Source: Camelus dromedarius (taxonomy: Eukaryota). Taken from it: 64,000 nt of DNA. Below the pieces are notes generated by a model. It worked only from the letters and a program-made list of their open reading frames with translations, ran no database searches and was not told the origin of the DNA. The translations under genes were made by a program, and so were the position numbers. Of this stretch, positions 1 through 12,100 are shown piece after piece (position 1 is the first letter of the stretch; each line of letters starts with the position of its first letter). The stretch lies in contig NC_087436.1 in the NCBI RefSeq assembly GCF_036321535.1, positions 1,674,001 to 1,738,000 of the forward strand, written 5' to 3'.

Positions 1-3000
1 GTTCCTGCATTTTTCACTGTAAAACCAAGTTGGAGCTAGTACCTCCCCATATATATGTATGGAGTGGAGTTTGCAACTGAAAAGAAACTTTGTGTTCCCA
101 ACAATCTAGGTGAAGAACGGATTTCACACACACTTATCTCTCAGAATTGAGCATGTGGAGAGACGTTCGTTCATCTAGCACAAAGGGAATGGGTTGCAGG
201 TGAAACTATTACTCTGGTTTCTCAGTCTGTTTCCTAGTGCCGGTTTGAACTTAATGCAGTATTCACTGTAAAACAGATTTGGAGCTAGTACCTCCCCATA
301 TATATATATGGAGTGGAGTTTGCAACTTAAAAGAAACTTTGTGTTCCCAACAAGTTAGGTGAAGGACGGCTTTCACACACACTTATCTCTCAGAACTGAG
401 CATGTGGAGAGACGATCGTTCATCTAGCACAAAGGGAACGGGTTGCAGGAGAAACTTTTACTCTGGTTTCTCAGTCTGTATCCTAGTACCGTTTTGAAGT
501 TCCTGCAGTTTTCACTGTAAACAGATTTGGAGATAGTACATCCCCATATATATGTATGGAGTGGAATTTGCAACTGGAAAGGAACTTTGTGTTCAGTACA
601 AGCTAGGTGAAGGACGGTTTCATACACAATTATCTCTCATAACTGAGCATGTGGAGAGACGTTCGTTCATCTAACACAAAGGGAACGGTTTGCAGGAGAA
701 ACTTTTACTCTGGTTTCTCAGTCTGTTTCTTAGTAACGGTTTGAATTTCCTGCATTTTTCACTGTAAAACCGAGTTGGAGCTAGTACCTCCCCATATATA
801 TATATGGAGTGGAGCTTGCAACTTAAAAGAAACTTTGTGTTCCCAACAAGTTAGGTGAAGGACGGCTTTCACACACACTTATCTCTCAGAACTGAGCATG
901 TGGAGAGACGTTCGTTTATCTAGAACAAAGGGTATGGGTTGCAGGAGAAACTATTTCTCTGGTTTCTCAGTGTGTTTCCTAGTGCCATTTTGAATTTCCT
1001 GCAGTTTTCACTGTAAAACAGAGTTGGAGTTATTACCTCCCCATATATATGTATGGAGTGGAGTTTGCAACTGAAAAGAAACTTTGTGTTCCCAACAAGC
1101 TAGGTGAAGGACGGCTTTCACACACAATTATCTCTCAGAACTGAGCATGTGGAGAGAAGTTCGTTCATCTAGCACAAAGGGAACGGGTTGCAGGAGAAAC
1201 TTTTACTCTGGTTTCTCAGTCTGTTTCCTAGTGCCGATTTGAAGTTCCAGCAGTTTTCACTGTAAAACAGAGATGGTGTTAGTACCTCCTCATATATATG
1301 TATGGAGTGGATTTTGCAACTGAAAAGAAACTTTGTGTTCCTAACAAGCTAGGTGAAGTTCGGCTTTCATACACACTTATCTCTCAGAACTGAGCATGTG
1401 GAGTGACGTTCGTTCATCTAGCACAAATGGAACGGGTTTCAGGAGAAATTTTACTCTGGTTTCTCAGTCTGTTTCCTACTGCCGGTTTGATGTTCCTGCA
1501 GTTTTCACTGTAAAACCGAGTTGGAGCTCGTACCTCCCCATATATATGTATGGAGTGGTGTTTACAAGTGAAAAGAAACTTTGTGTTCCCAACAAGCTAG
1601 GTGAAGGATGGCTTTCAAACACACTTATCTCTGAGAACTGAGCATGTGGAGAGAAGTTCGTTCATCTAGCACAAAGGGAACTGTTTGAAGGAGAAACTTT
1701 TACTCTGGTTTCTCAGTCTGTTTCCTACTGACGGTTTGAATTTCCTGCAGTTTTCACTGTAAAACGGATTTGGAGCTAGTACCTCCCCATATATATATAT
1801 GGAGTGGAATTTTTAACTGAAAAGAATCTTTGTGTTCCCAACAAGCTAGGTGAAGGACGGCTTTCACACACACTTATCTCTCAGAACTGAGCATGTGGAG
1901 AGACTTTCGTTCATCTAGCACAAAGGGAACGTGTTGCAAGTGAAAATTTTACTCTGGTTTCTCAGACTGTTTCCTAGTGCCTGTTTGAAGTTCCTGCATT
2001 TTTCACTGTAAAACCAAGTTGGAGCTAGTACCTCCCCATATATATGTATGGAGTGGAGTTTGCAACTGAAAAGAAACTTTGTGTTCCCAACAATCTAGGT
2101 GAAGAACGGATTTCACACACACTTATCTCTCAGAATTGAGCATGTGGAGAGACGTTCGTTCATCTAGCACAAAGGGAATGGGTTGCAGGTGAAACTATTA
2201 CTCTGGTTTCTCAGTCTGTTTCCTAGTGCCGGTTTGAACTTAATGCAGTATTCACTGTAAAACAGATTTGGAGCTAGTACCTCCCCATATATATATATGG
2301 AGTGGAGTTTGCAACTTAAAAGAAACTTTGTGTTCCCAACAAGTTAGGTGAAGGACGGCTTTCACACACACTTATCTCTCAGAACTGAGCATGTGGAGAG
2401 ACGATCGTTCATCTAGCACAAAGGGAACGGGTTGCAGGAGAAACTTTTACTCTGGTTTCTCAGTCTGTATCCTAGTACCGGTTTGAAGTTCCTGCAGTTT
2501 TAACTGTAAACAGATTTGGAGATAGTACATCCCCATATATATGTATGGAGTGGAATTTGCAACTGGAAAGGAACTTTGTGTTCAGTACAAGCTAGGTGAA
2601 GGACGGTTTCATACACAATTATCTCTCATAACTGAGCATGTGGAGAGACGTTCGTTCATCTAACACAAAGGGAACGGTTTGCAGGAGAAACTTTTACTCT
2701 GGTTTCTCAGTCTGTTTCTTAGTAACGGTTTGAATTTCCTGCATTTTTCACTGTAAAACCGAGTTGGAGCTAGTACCTCCCCATATATATATATGGAGTG
2801 GAGCTTACAACTTAAAAGAAACTTTGTGTTCCCAACAAGTTAGGTGAAGGACGGCTTTCACACACACTTATCTTTCAGAACTGAGCATGTGGAGAGACGT
2901 TCGTTTATCTAGAACAAAGGGTATGGGTTGCAGGAGAAACTATTTCTCTGGTTTCTCAGTGTGTTTCCTAGTGCCATTTTGAATTTCCTGCAGTTTTCAC

Positions 3001-3632
3001 TGTAAAACAGAGTTGGAGTTATTACCTCCCCATATATATGTATGGAGTGGAGTTTGCAACTGAAAAGAAACTTTGTGTTCCCAACAAGCTAGGTGAAGGA
3101 CGGCTTTCACACACAATTATCTCTCAGAACTGAGCATGTGGAGAGAAGTTCGTTCATCTAGCACAAAGGGAACGGGTTGCAGGAGAAACTTTTACTCTGG
3201 TTTCTCAGTCTGTTTCCTAGTGCCGATTTGAAGTTCCAGCAGTTTTCACTGTAAAACAGAGATGGTGTTAGTACCTCCTCATATATATGTATGGAGTGGA
3301 TTTTGCAACTGAAAAGAAACTTTGTGTTCCTAACAAGCTAGGTGAAGTTCGGCTTTCATACACACTTATCTCTCAGAACTGAGCATGTGGAGTGACGTTC
3401 GTTCATCTAGCACAAATGGAACGGGTTTCAGGAGAAATTTTACTCTGGGTTCTCAGTCTGTTTCCTACTGCCGGTTTGATGTTCCTGCAGTTTTCACTGT
3501 AAAACCGAGTTGGAGCTCGTACCTCCCCATATATATGTATGGAGTGGTGTTTACAAGTGAAAAGAAACTTTGTGTTCCCAACAAGCTAGGTGAAGGATGG
3601 CTTTCAAACACACTTATCTCTGAGAACTGAGC
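1..3632. repeat. 8-monomer (1989-bp) tandem higher-order duplication
   Basis: Diagnostic monomers repeat at +1989 (GAACTTAATGCAGTATTC monomer at 152 and 2141; ORFs 1396 and 3385 differ by one residue). Confidence 0.93.
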
Positions 3633-6600
3633 ATGTGGAAAGACGTTCGTTCATCTAGCACAAAGGGAAATGGTTGAAGGTGAAACTTTTACTCTGGTTT
3701 CTCTGTATGTTTCCTACTGCCGGTTTGAAGTTCCTGCAGTATTCACTGTAAAACCGAGTTGGAGCTTGTACCTCCCCATATATATGTATGGAGTAGAGTT
3801 TGCAACTGAAAAGAATCTTTGTGTTCCAAACAAGCTAGGTGAAGGACGGCTTTCACACACAATTATCTCTAGGAACTGAGCATGTGGAGAGACTTTCGTT
3901 CATCTAGCACAAAGGGAACGGGTTGCAGGAGAATCTTATACTCTGGTTTCTCAGTCTGTTTCCTACTGCCGTTTTGAAGTTCCTGCAGTTTTCACTGTAA
4001 AACCGAGTGGGAGCTCGTACCTCCCCATATATATGTATGGAGAGGTGTTTGCAAGTGAAAAGAATCTTTGTGTTCCCAACAAGCTAGGTGAAGGATGGCT
4101 TTCAAACACACTTATCTCTGAGAACTGAGCATGTGGAGAGAAGTTCGTTCATCTAGCACAAAGGGAACTGTTTGAAGGAGAAACTTTTACTCTGGTTTAT
4201 CTGTCTGTTTCCTACTGACGGTTTGAAGTTCCTGCAGTTTTCACTGTAAAACAGATTTGAAGTTAGAACATCCCCATATATATTTATGGAGTGGAGTTTG
4301 CAACTGAAAATAAACTTTGTGTTCCCAACAAGCTAGGAGAAGGACGGCTTTCACACACACTTATCTCTCAGAACTGAGCATGTGGAGAGACGTTCGTTCA
4401 TCTAGCACAAATGGAACGGGTTGCAGGTGAAAATTTTACTCTGGTTTCTCAGACTGTTTCCTACTGCCGGTTTGAAGTTCCTGCAGTTTTCACTGTAAAA
4501 CCGAGTTGGAGCTAGTACCTCCCCATATATATTTATGGAGTGGAGTTTGCAAGTGAAAAGAAACATTGTGATCCCAACAAGCTAGGTGAATTAAGGCTTT
4601 CACACACACTTATCTCTCAGAACTGAGCATGTGGAGAGACGTTCGTTCATCTAGCACAAAGGAAAAAGTTTGCAGGAGAAACTTTTACTCAGGTTTCTCA
4701 GTCATTTTCCTAGTGCCGGTTTGAAGTTCCTGCAGTTTTCACTGTAAAACCGTGTTGGAGCTCGTACCTCCCCATATATATGTATGGAGTGGAGTTTGCA
4801 ACTGAAAAGAAACTTTGTGTTCCCAACAAGCTAGGTGAAGGCGGCTTTCACACACACTTATCTCTCAGAACTGAGAATGTGGAGAGACGTTCGTTCATCT
4901 AGCACAAAGGGAACGGGTTGCAGGAGAAACTTTTATTCTTGTTTCTCAGTCTGTATCCTAGTACCGGTTTGAAGTTCCTGCAGTTTTCACTGTAAACAGA
5001 TTTGGAGCTTGTACATCCCCATATATATATATGGAGTGGAGTTTGCAACTTAAAAGAAACTTTGTGTTCCCAACAAGTTAGGCGAAGGACGGCTTTAACA
5101 CACACTTATCTCTCAGAACTGAGCATGTGGAGAGACGATTGTTCATCTAGCACAAAGGGTATGATTTGCAGGAGAAACTATTACTCTGTTTTCTCAGTGT
5201 GTTTCCTAGTGCCAGTTTGAATTTCCTGCAGTTTTCACTGTAAAACAGGGTTGGAGTTATTACCTACCCATATATATGTACTGATAGAAGTTTGCAAATG
5301 AAAAGAAACTTTGTGTTCCCAACAACCTAGGTGAAGGACGGCTTTCACACACACTTATCTCTCAGAACTTAGCATGTGGAGACACGTTCGTTCATCTAGC
5401 ACAAAGGGAATGGGTTGCAGGAGAAACTTTTACTCTGGTTTCTCAGTCTGTTTCCTACTGACGGTTTGAATTTCCTGCAGTTTTCACTGTAAAACGGATT
5501 TGGAGCTAGTACCTCCCCATATATATATATGGAGTGGAATTTGCAACTGAAAAGAAACTTTGTGTTCCCAACAAGCTAGGTGAAGGACGGCTTTCACACA
5601 CACTTATCTCTCAGAACTGAGCATGTGGAGAGACTTTCGTTCATCTAGAACAAAGGGAACGGGTTGCAAGTTAAAATTTTACTCTGGTTTCTCAGACTGT
5701 TTCCTACTGCCGGTTTGAAGTTCCTGTAGTTTTCACTGTAAAACCGAGTTGGAGCTAGAACCTCCCCATATATATGTATGGAGTGGAGTTTGCAACTGAA
5801 AAGAAACTTTGTGTTCCCAACAATCTAGGTGAAGGACGAATTTCACACACACTTATCCCTCAGAATTGAGTATGTGGAGAGACGTTCGTTCATCTAGCAC
5901 AAAGGGAATGGGTTGCAGGTGAAACTTTTACTCTGGTTTCTCAGTCTGTTTCCTAGTGCCGGTTTGATCTTCCTGCAGTATTCACTGTAAAACAGATTTG
6001 GAGCTAGTACCTCCCCATATATATATATGGAGTGGAGTTTGCAACTTAAAAGAAACTTTGTGTTCCCAACAAGTTAGGTGAAGGACGGCTTTCACACACA
6101 CTTATCTCTCAGAACTGAGCATGTGGAGAGACGTTCGTTCATCTAGCAAAAAGGGAACGGGTTGCAGGAGAAACTTTTACTCTGGTTTCTCAGTCTGTAT
6201 CCTAGTACCGGTTTGAAGTTCCTGCAGTTTTCACTGTAAACAGATTTGGAGATAGTACATCCCCATATATATGTATGGAGTGGAATTTGCAACTGAAAAG
6301 GAACTTTGTGTTCAGTACAAGCTAGGTGAAGGACGGTTTCATACACACTTATCTCTCAGAACTGAGCATGTGGAGAGACGTTCGTTCATCTAGCACAAAG
6401 GGAACGTTTTGCAGGAGAAACATTTACTCTGGTTTCTCAGTCTTTTTCTTAGTAACGGTTTGAATTTCCTGCATTTTTCACTGTAAAACCGAGTTGGAGC
6501 TAGTACCTCCCCATATATATAAATGGAGTGGAGCTTGCAACTTAAAAGAAACTTTGTGTTCCCAACAAGTTAGGTGAAGGACGGCTTTCACACACACTTA

Positions 6601-9100
6601 TCTCTCAGAACTGAGCATGTGGAGAGACGTTCGTTTATCTAGAACAAAGGATATGGGTTGCAGGGGAAACTATTACTCTGGTTTCTCAGTGTGTTTCCTA
6701 GTGCCAGTTTGAATTTCCTGCAGTTTTCACTGTAAAACAGAGTTGGAGTTATTACCTCCCCATATATATGTATGGAGTGGAGTTTGCAACTGAAAAGAAA
6801 CTTTGTGTTCCCAACAAGCTAGGTGAAGGACGGCTTTCACACACAATTATCTCTCAGAACTGAGCATGTGGAGAGAAGTTCGTTCATCTAGCACAAAGGG
6901 AACGGGTTGCAGGAGAAACTTTTACTCTGGTTTTTCAGTCTCTTTCCTAGTGCCGATTAGAAGTTCCAGCAGTTTTCACTGTAAAACAGAGATGGTGATA
7001 GTACCTCCTCATATATATGTATGGAGTGGATTTTGCAACTGAAAAGAAACTTTGTGTTCCTAACAAGCTAGGTGAAGGTCGGCTTTCATACACACTTATC
7101 TCTCAGAAATGAGCATGTGGAGTGACGTTCGTTCATCTAGCACAAATGGAACGGTTTGCAGGAGAAACTTTTACTCTGGTTTCTCAGTCTGTTTCCTACT
7201 GCCGGTTTGATGTTCCTGCAGTTTTCACTGTAAAACCGAGTTGGAGCTCGTACCTCCCCATATATATGTATGGAGTGGTGTTTGCAAGTGAAAAGAAACT
7301 TTGTGTTCCCAACAAGCTAGGTGAAGGATGGCTTTCAAACACACTTATCTCTGAGAAATGAGCATGTGGAAAGACGTTCGTTCATCTAGCACAAAGGGAA
7401 CTGTCTGAAGGAGAAACTTTTACTCTGGTTTCTCTGTATGTTTCCTACTGCCGATATGAAGTTCCTGCAGTTTTCACTGTAAAACCGAGTTGGAGCTTGT
7501 ACCTCCCCATATATATGTATGGAGTGGAGTTTGCAACTGAAAAGAATCTTTGTGTTCCCAACAAGCTAGGTGAAGGACGGCTTTCACACACAATTATCTC
7601 TCAGAACTGAGCATGTGGAGAGACTTTCGTTCATCTAGCACAAAAGGAATGGGTTGCAGGAGAAACTTATTCTCTGGTTTCTCAGTCTGTTTCCTACTGC
7701 CGGTTTGAAGTTCCTGCAGTTTTCACTGTAAAACCGAGTTGGAGCTCGTACCACCCCATATATATGTATGGAGAGGAGTTTGCAAGTGAAAAGAAACTTT
7801 GTGTTCCCAACAAGCTTGGTGAAGGATGGCATTCAAACACACTTATCTCTGAGAACTGAGCATGTGGAGAGAATTTCGTTCATCTAGCACAAAGGGAACT
7901 GTTTGAAGGAGAAACTTTTACTCTGGTTTCTCTGTCTGTTTCCTACTGACGGGTTGAAGTTCCTGCAGTTTTCACTGTAAAACTGATTTGAAGCTAGAAC
8001 ATCCCCATATATATATATGGAGTGGAGTTTGCAACTGAAAAGCAACTTTGTGTTCCCAACAAGCTAGGTGAAGGACGGCTTTCACACACACTTATCTCTC
8101 AGAACTGAGCATGTGGAGAGAAGTTCGTTCATCTAGCACAAAGGGAACGGGTTGCAGGTGAAAATTTTACTCTAGTTTCTCAGACTGTTTCCTACTGCCG
8201 GTTTGAAGTTCCTGCAGTTTTCACTGTAAAACCGAGTTGGAGCTAGTACCTCCCCATATATATGTATGTAGTGGAGTTTGCAAGTGAAAAGAAACATTGT
8301 GTTCCCAACAAGCTAGGTGAAGTACGGCTTTCACACACACTTATCTCTCAGAACTGAGCATGTGGAGAGACGTTCGTTCATCTAGCACAAAGGAAAAAGT
8401 TTGCAGGAGAAACTTTTACTCAGGTTTCTCAGTCCTTTTCCTAGTGCCGGTTTGAATTTCCTGCAGTTTTCACTGTAAAACCGAGATGGTGCTATTACTT
8501 CCTCATATATATGTATGGAGTGGAGTTTGCAACTGAAAAGAAACTTTGTGTTCCCAACAAGCTAGGTGAAGGCGGCTTTCACACACACATATCTCTCAGA
8601 ACTGAGCATGTGGAGAGACGTTCGTTCATCTAGCACAAAGGGAACGGGTTGCAGGAGAAACTTTTATTCTTGTTTATCAGTCTGTATCCTAGTACCGGTT
8701 TGAAGTTCCTGCAGTTTTCACTGTAAACAGATTTGGTGCTTGTACATCCCCATATATATATATGGAGTGGAGTTTGCAACTTAAAAGAAACTTTGTGTTC
8801 CCAACAAGTTAGGCGAAGGACGGCTTTCACACACACTTATCTCTCAGAACTGAGCATGTGGAGAGACGTTTGTTCATCTAGCACAAAGGGTGTGGTTTGC
8901 AGGAGAAACTATTACTCTGTTTTCTCAGTGTGTTTCCTAGTGCCAGTTTGAATTTCCTGCAGTTTTCACTGTAAAACAGAGTTGGAGTTATTACCTCCCC
9001 ATATATATGTATGGAGTGGAGTTTGCAACTGAAAAGAAACTTTGTGTTCCCAACAAGCTAGGTGAAGGACGGCTTTCACACACACTTATCTCTCAGAACT
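1892..9100. repeat. 15-monomer (~3730-bp) higher-order repeat, two moderately diverged copies (1892-5621; 5622-~9100)
   Basis: Same ordered series of monomer types at +3730/3731 (GGAAAAAGTTTG monomer at 4628 and 8359; ORF pairs 4899/8630 and 5002/8733). Confidence 0.9.
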
Positions 9101-12100
9101 GAGCATGTGGAGAGACGTTCGTTCATGTAGCACAAATGGAAAGGGTTGCAGGAGAAACTTTTACTCTGGTTTCTCAGTCTGTTTCCTACTGCCGGTTTGA
9201 TGTTCCTGCAGTTTTCACTGTAAAACCGAGTTGGAGCTCGTACCTCCCCATATATATGTAAGGAGTGATGTTTGCAAGTGAAAAGAAACTTTGTGTTCCC
9301 AGCAAGCTAGGTGAAGGATGGCTTTCAAACACACTTATCTCTGAGAACTGAGCATGTGGAGAGACGTTCGTTCATCTAGCACAAAGGGAACGGTTTGCAG
9401 GAGAAACTTATACTCTGGTTTCTCAGTCTGTTTCCTACTGCCTGTTTGAAGTTCCTGCACTTTTCACTGTAAACCGAGTTGGAGCTCGTACCTCCCCATA
9501 TATATGTATGGAGTGGAGTTTGTAAGTGAAAAGAAACTTTGTGTTCCCAACAATCTAGGTTAATGATGGCTTTCAAACACACTTATCTCTGAGAACTGAG
9601 CTTGTGGAGAGACGTTCGTTCATCTAGCACATAGGGAACTGTTTGAAGGAGAAAATTTTACTCTCGATTCTCTGTCTGTTTCCTACTGCCGGTTTGAAGT
9701 TAGTGCAGTTTTCACTGTAAAACTGAGTTGAAGTTAGAACCTCCCCATATATATGTATGGAGTGTAGTTTGCAACTGAAAAGAAACTTTGTGTTCCCAAC
9801 AAGCTATGTGAAGGACGGCTTTCACACACACTTATCTCTCAAAACTGAGCATGTGGAGAGACGTATGTTCATCTAGCACAAAGGGAAAGGTTTGCAGGAG
9901 AAACTTTTCCTCAGGTTTCTCAGTCTGTTTCCTAATGCCGGTTTGAAGTTCTTGCAGGTTTCACTGTAAACCCGAGTTTGAGCTAGTACCTCCCAATATA
10001 TATGTATGGAGTGGGGTTTCAACTGAAAAGAAACTTTGTGTTCCCAACAAGCTAGCTGAAGGCGGCTTTAACACACACTTATCTCTCAGAACAGAGCATG
10101 TGGAGAGACGTTTGTTCATCTAGCACAAATGGAACGGGTTGCAGGAGAAAATTTTAGTCTGGTTTCTCAGTCTGTTTCCTAGTGCCGGTTTGAAGTTCCT
10201 GCAGTTTTCTCTGTAAAACCGAGTTGGAGCTAGTACCTCCCCATATATATGTATGGATTGGATTTGCAACTGAAAAGAAACTTTGTGTTCCCAACAAGCT
10301 AGGTGAACGACGGCTTTCACACACACTTATCTCTCAGAAATGACCATGTGGAGAGACTTTCGTTCATCTAGCACAAAGGGAACGGGTTGCAGGAGAAACT
10401 TTTACTCTGGTTTCTCAGTCTGTTTCCTACTGCCGGTTTGAAGTTCCTGCAGTTTTCACTGTATAACCGATTTGGAGCTAGTACCTCCCCATATATATGT
10501 ATGGAGTGGAGTTTGCAAGTGAAAAGAAACATTGTGTTCCCAACAAGCTAAGTGAAGAACGGCTTTCACACACACTTATCTCTCAGAACTTAGCATGTGG
10601 AGAGACGTTCGTACATCTAGCACAATCGGAACGGGTTGCAGGAGAAACTTTTACTCTGGTTTCTCAGTCTGTTTCCTAGTGCCGGTTTGAAGTTCCTGCA
10701 GTTTTCACTGTAAAAGCGAGTTGAAGTTAGTACATCCCCATATATATGTATGGATTGGACTTTGCAACTGAAAAGAATTTTTGTGTTCCCAACAAGCTAG
10801 GTGAAGGACGGCTTTCACACACACTTATCTCTCAGAACTGAGCATGTGGAGAGACGTTCATTCATCTAGCACAAATGGAACGGGTTGCAGGAGGAACTTT
10901 TACTCTGGTTTCTCAGTCTGTTTCCTACTGTCTGTTTGAAGTTCCTGCAGTTTTCACTGTAAAACCGAGTTGGAGCTAGTACCTACCCTTTTATATGTAT
11001 GGAGTGGAGTTTGCAACTGAAAAGAAACTTTGTATTCAGTACAAGCTAGGTGAAGGACGGCTTTCACACACACTTATCTCTCAGATCTGAGCATGTGGAG
11101 AGACGTTAGTTCATCTAGCACAAATGAAATGGGTTGTAGTAGAAACTTTTACTCAGGATTCTCAGTCTGTTTCCTAGTGCCGGTTTGATGTTCCTGCAGT
11201 TTTCACTGTAAAACAGAGTTGGAGCTATTACCTCCCCATATATATGTATGGAGCGGAGTTTGCAACTGAAAAGATACTTGTGTTCAGAAAAATCTAGGTG
11301 AAGGACGGCTTTCACACGCATTTATCTCTCAGAACTGAGCATGTGGAGAGACGTACGTTCATCTAGCATAAAGGGAAAGGGATGGAGGTGAAACTTTTTC
11401 TCTGGTTTCTCAGACTGTTTCCTAGTGCCGGTTTGAAGTTCTAGCAGTTTTCACTGTAAATCCGATTTGGTGCTAGTACCACCCCATTTATATGTATGGA
11501 GTGGAGTTTGCAACTGAAAAGAAACTTTGTGTTCCCAACAAGCTAGGTGAAGGACGGATTTCACACACAATTATCTCTCAGAACTGAGCATGTGGAGTGA
11601 CGTTCGTTCATCTAGCACAAAGGAAACTCTTTTCAGGAGAAACTTGTACTCTGGTTTCTCAGTCTGTTTCCTAGTGCCAGTTTGAAGTTCCTGCATTTTT
11701 CACTGTAAAACCGATTTGGAGCTAGTACCTCCCCATATATATTTATGGAGTGGAGTTTGCAAGTGAAAAGAAACATTGTGTTCCCCACAAGCTAAGGGAA
11801 GGACGGCTTTCACACACACTTATCTCTCAGAACTGAGCATGTGGAGAGACGTTCGTTCATCTAGCAATAGGAACGGGTTTCAGGAGAAATTTTACTCTGG
11901 TTTCTTAGTCTGTTTCCTAGTGCCGGCTTTAAGTTCCTGCAGTTTTCACTGTAAAACGAGTTGGAGTTTGTACCTCCCCATATATATGTACTGATAGCAG
12001 TTTGCAACTGAAAAGAAACTTTGTGTTCCCAACAACCTAGGTGAAGAACGGCTTTCACACACAATTATCTCTCAGAACTGAGCATGTGGAGAGACGTTCG

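Noticed and set aside
152..400. 5S rRNA, tRNA, snRNA or spliced-leader tandem gene array
   Set aside because: No recognisable conserved RNA sequence, cloverleaf or properly spaced A/B boxes. GTTCGAA occurs only as a subfamily variant after 54 kb.
1066..1200. Satellite-encoded hammerhead ribozyme (as in newt, schistosome and cave-cricket satellites)
   Set aside because: The required CUGANGA core is absent from the consensus on both strands (CTGAAAA and CTGAGCA on +; CTGAGAG and CTGAGAA on -). An Infernal/Rfam scan would be the formal test.
8621..8648. CENP-B box-like halves TTCGTT ... GGAACGGG
   Set aside because: The canonical box is TTCG-N4-A-N2-CGGG (7-nt gap). Here the gap is 20 nt in the copies I read, so it is not a functional box; the resemblance may be chance.
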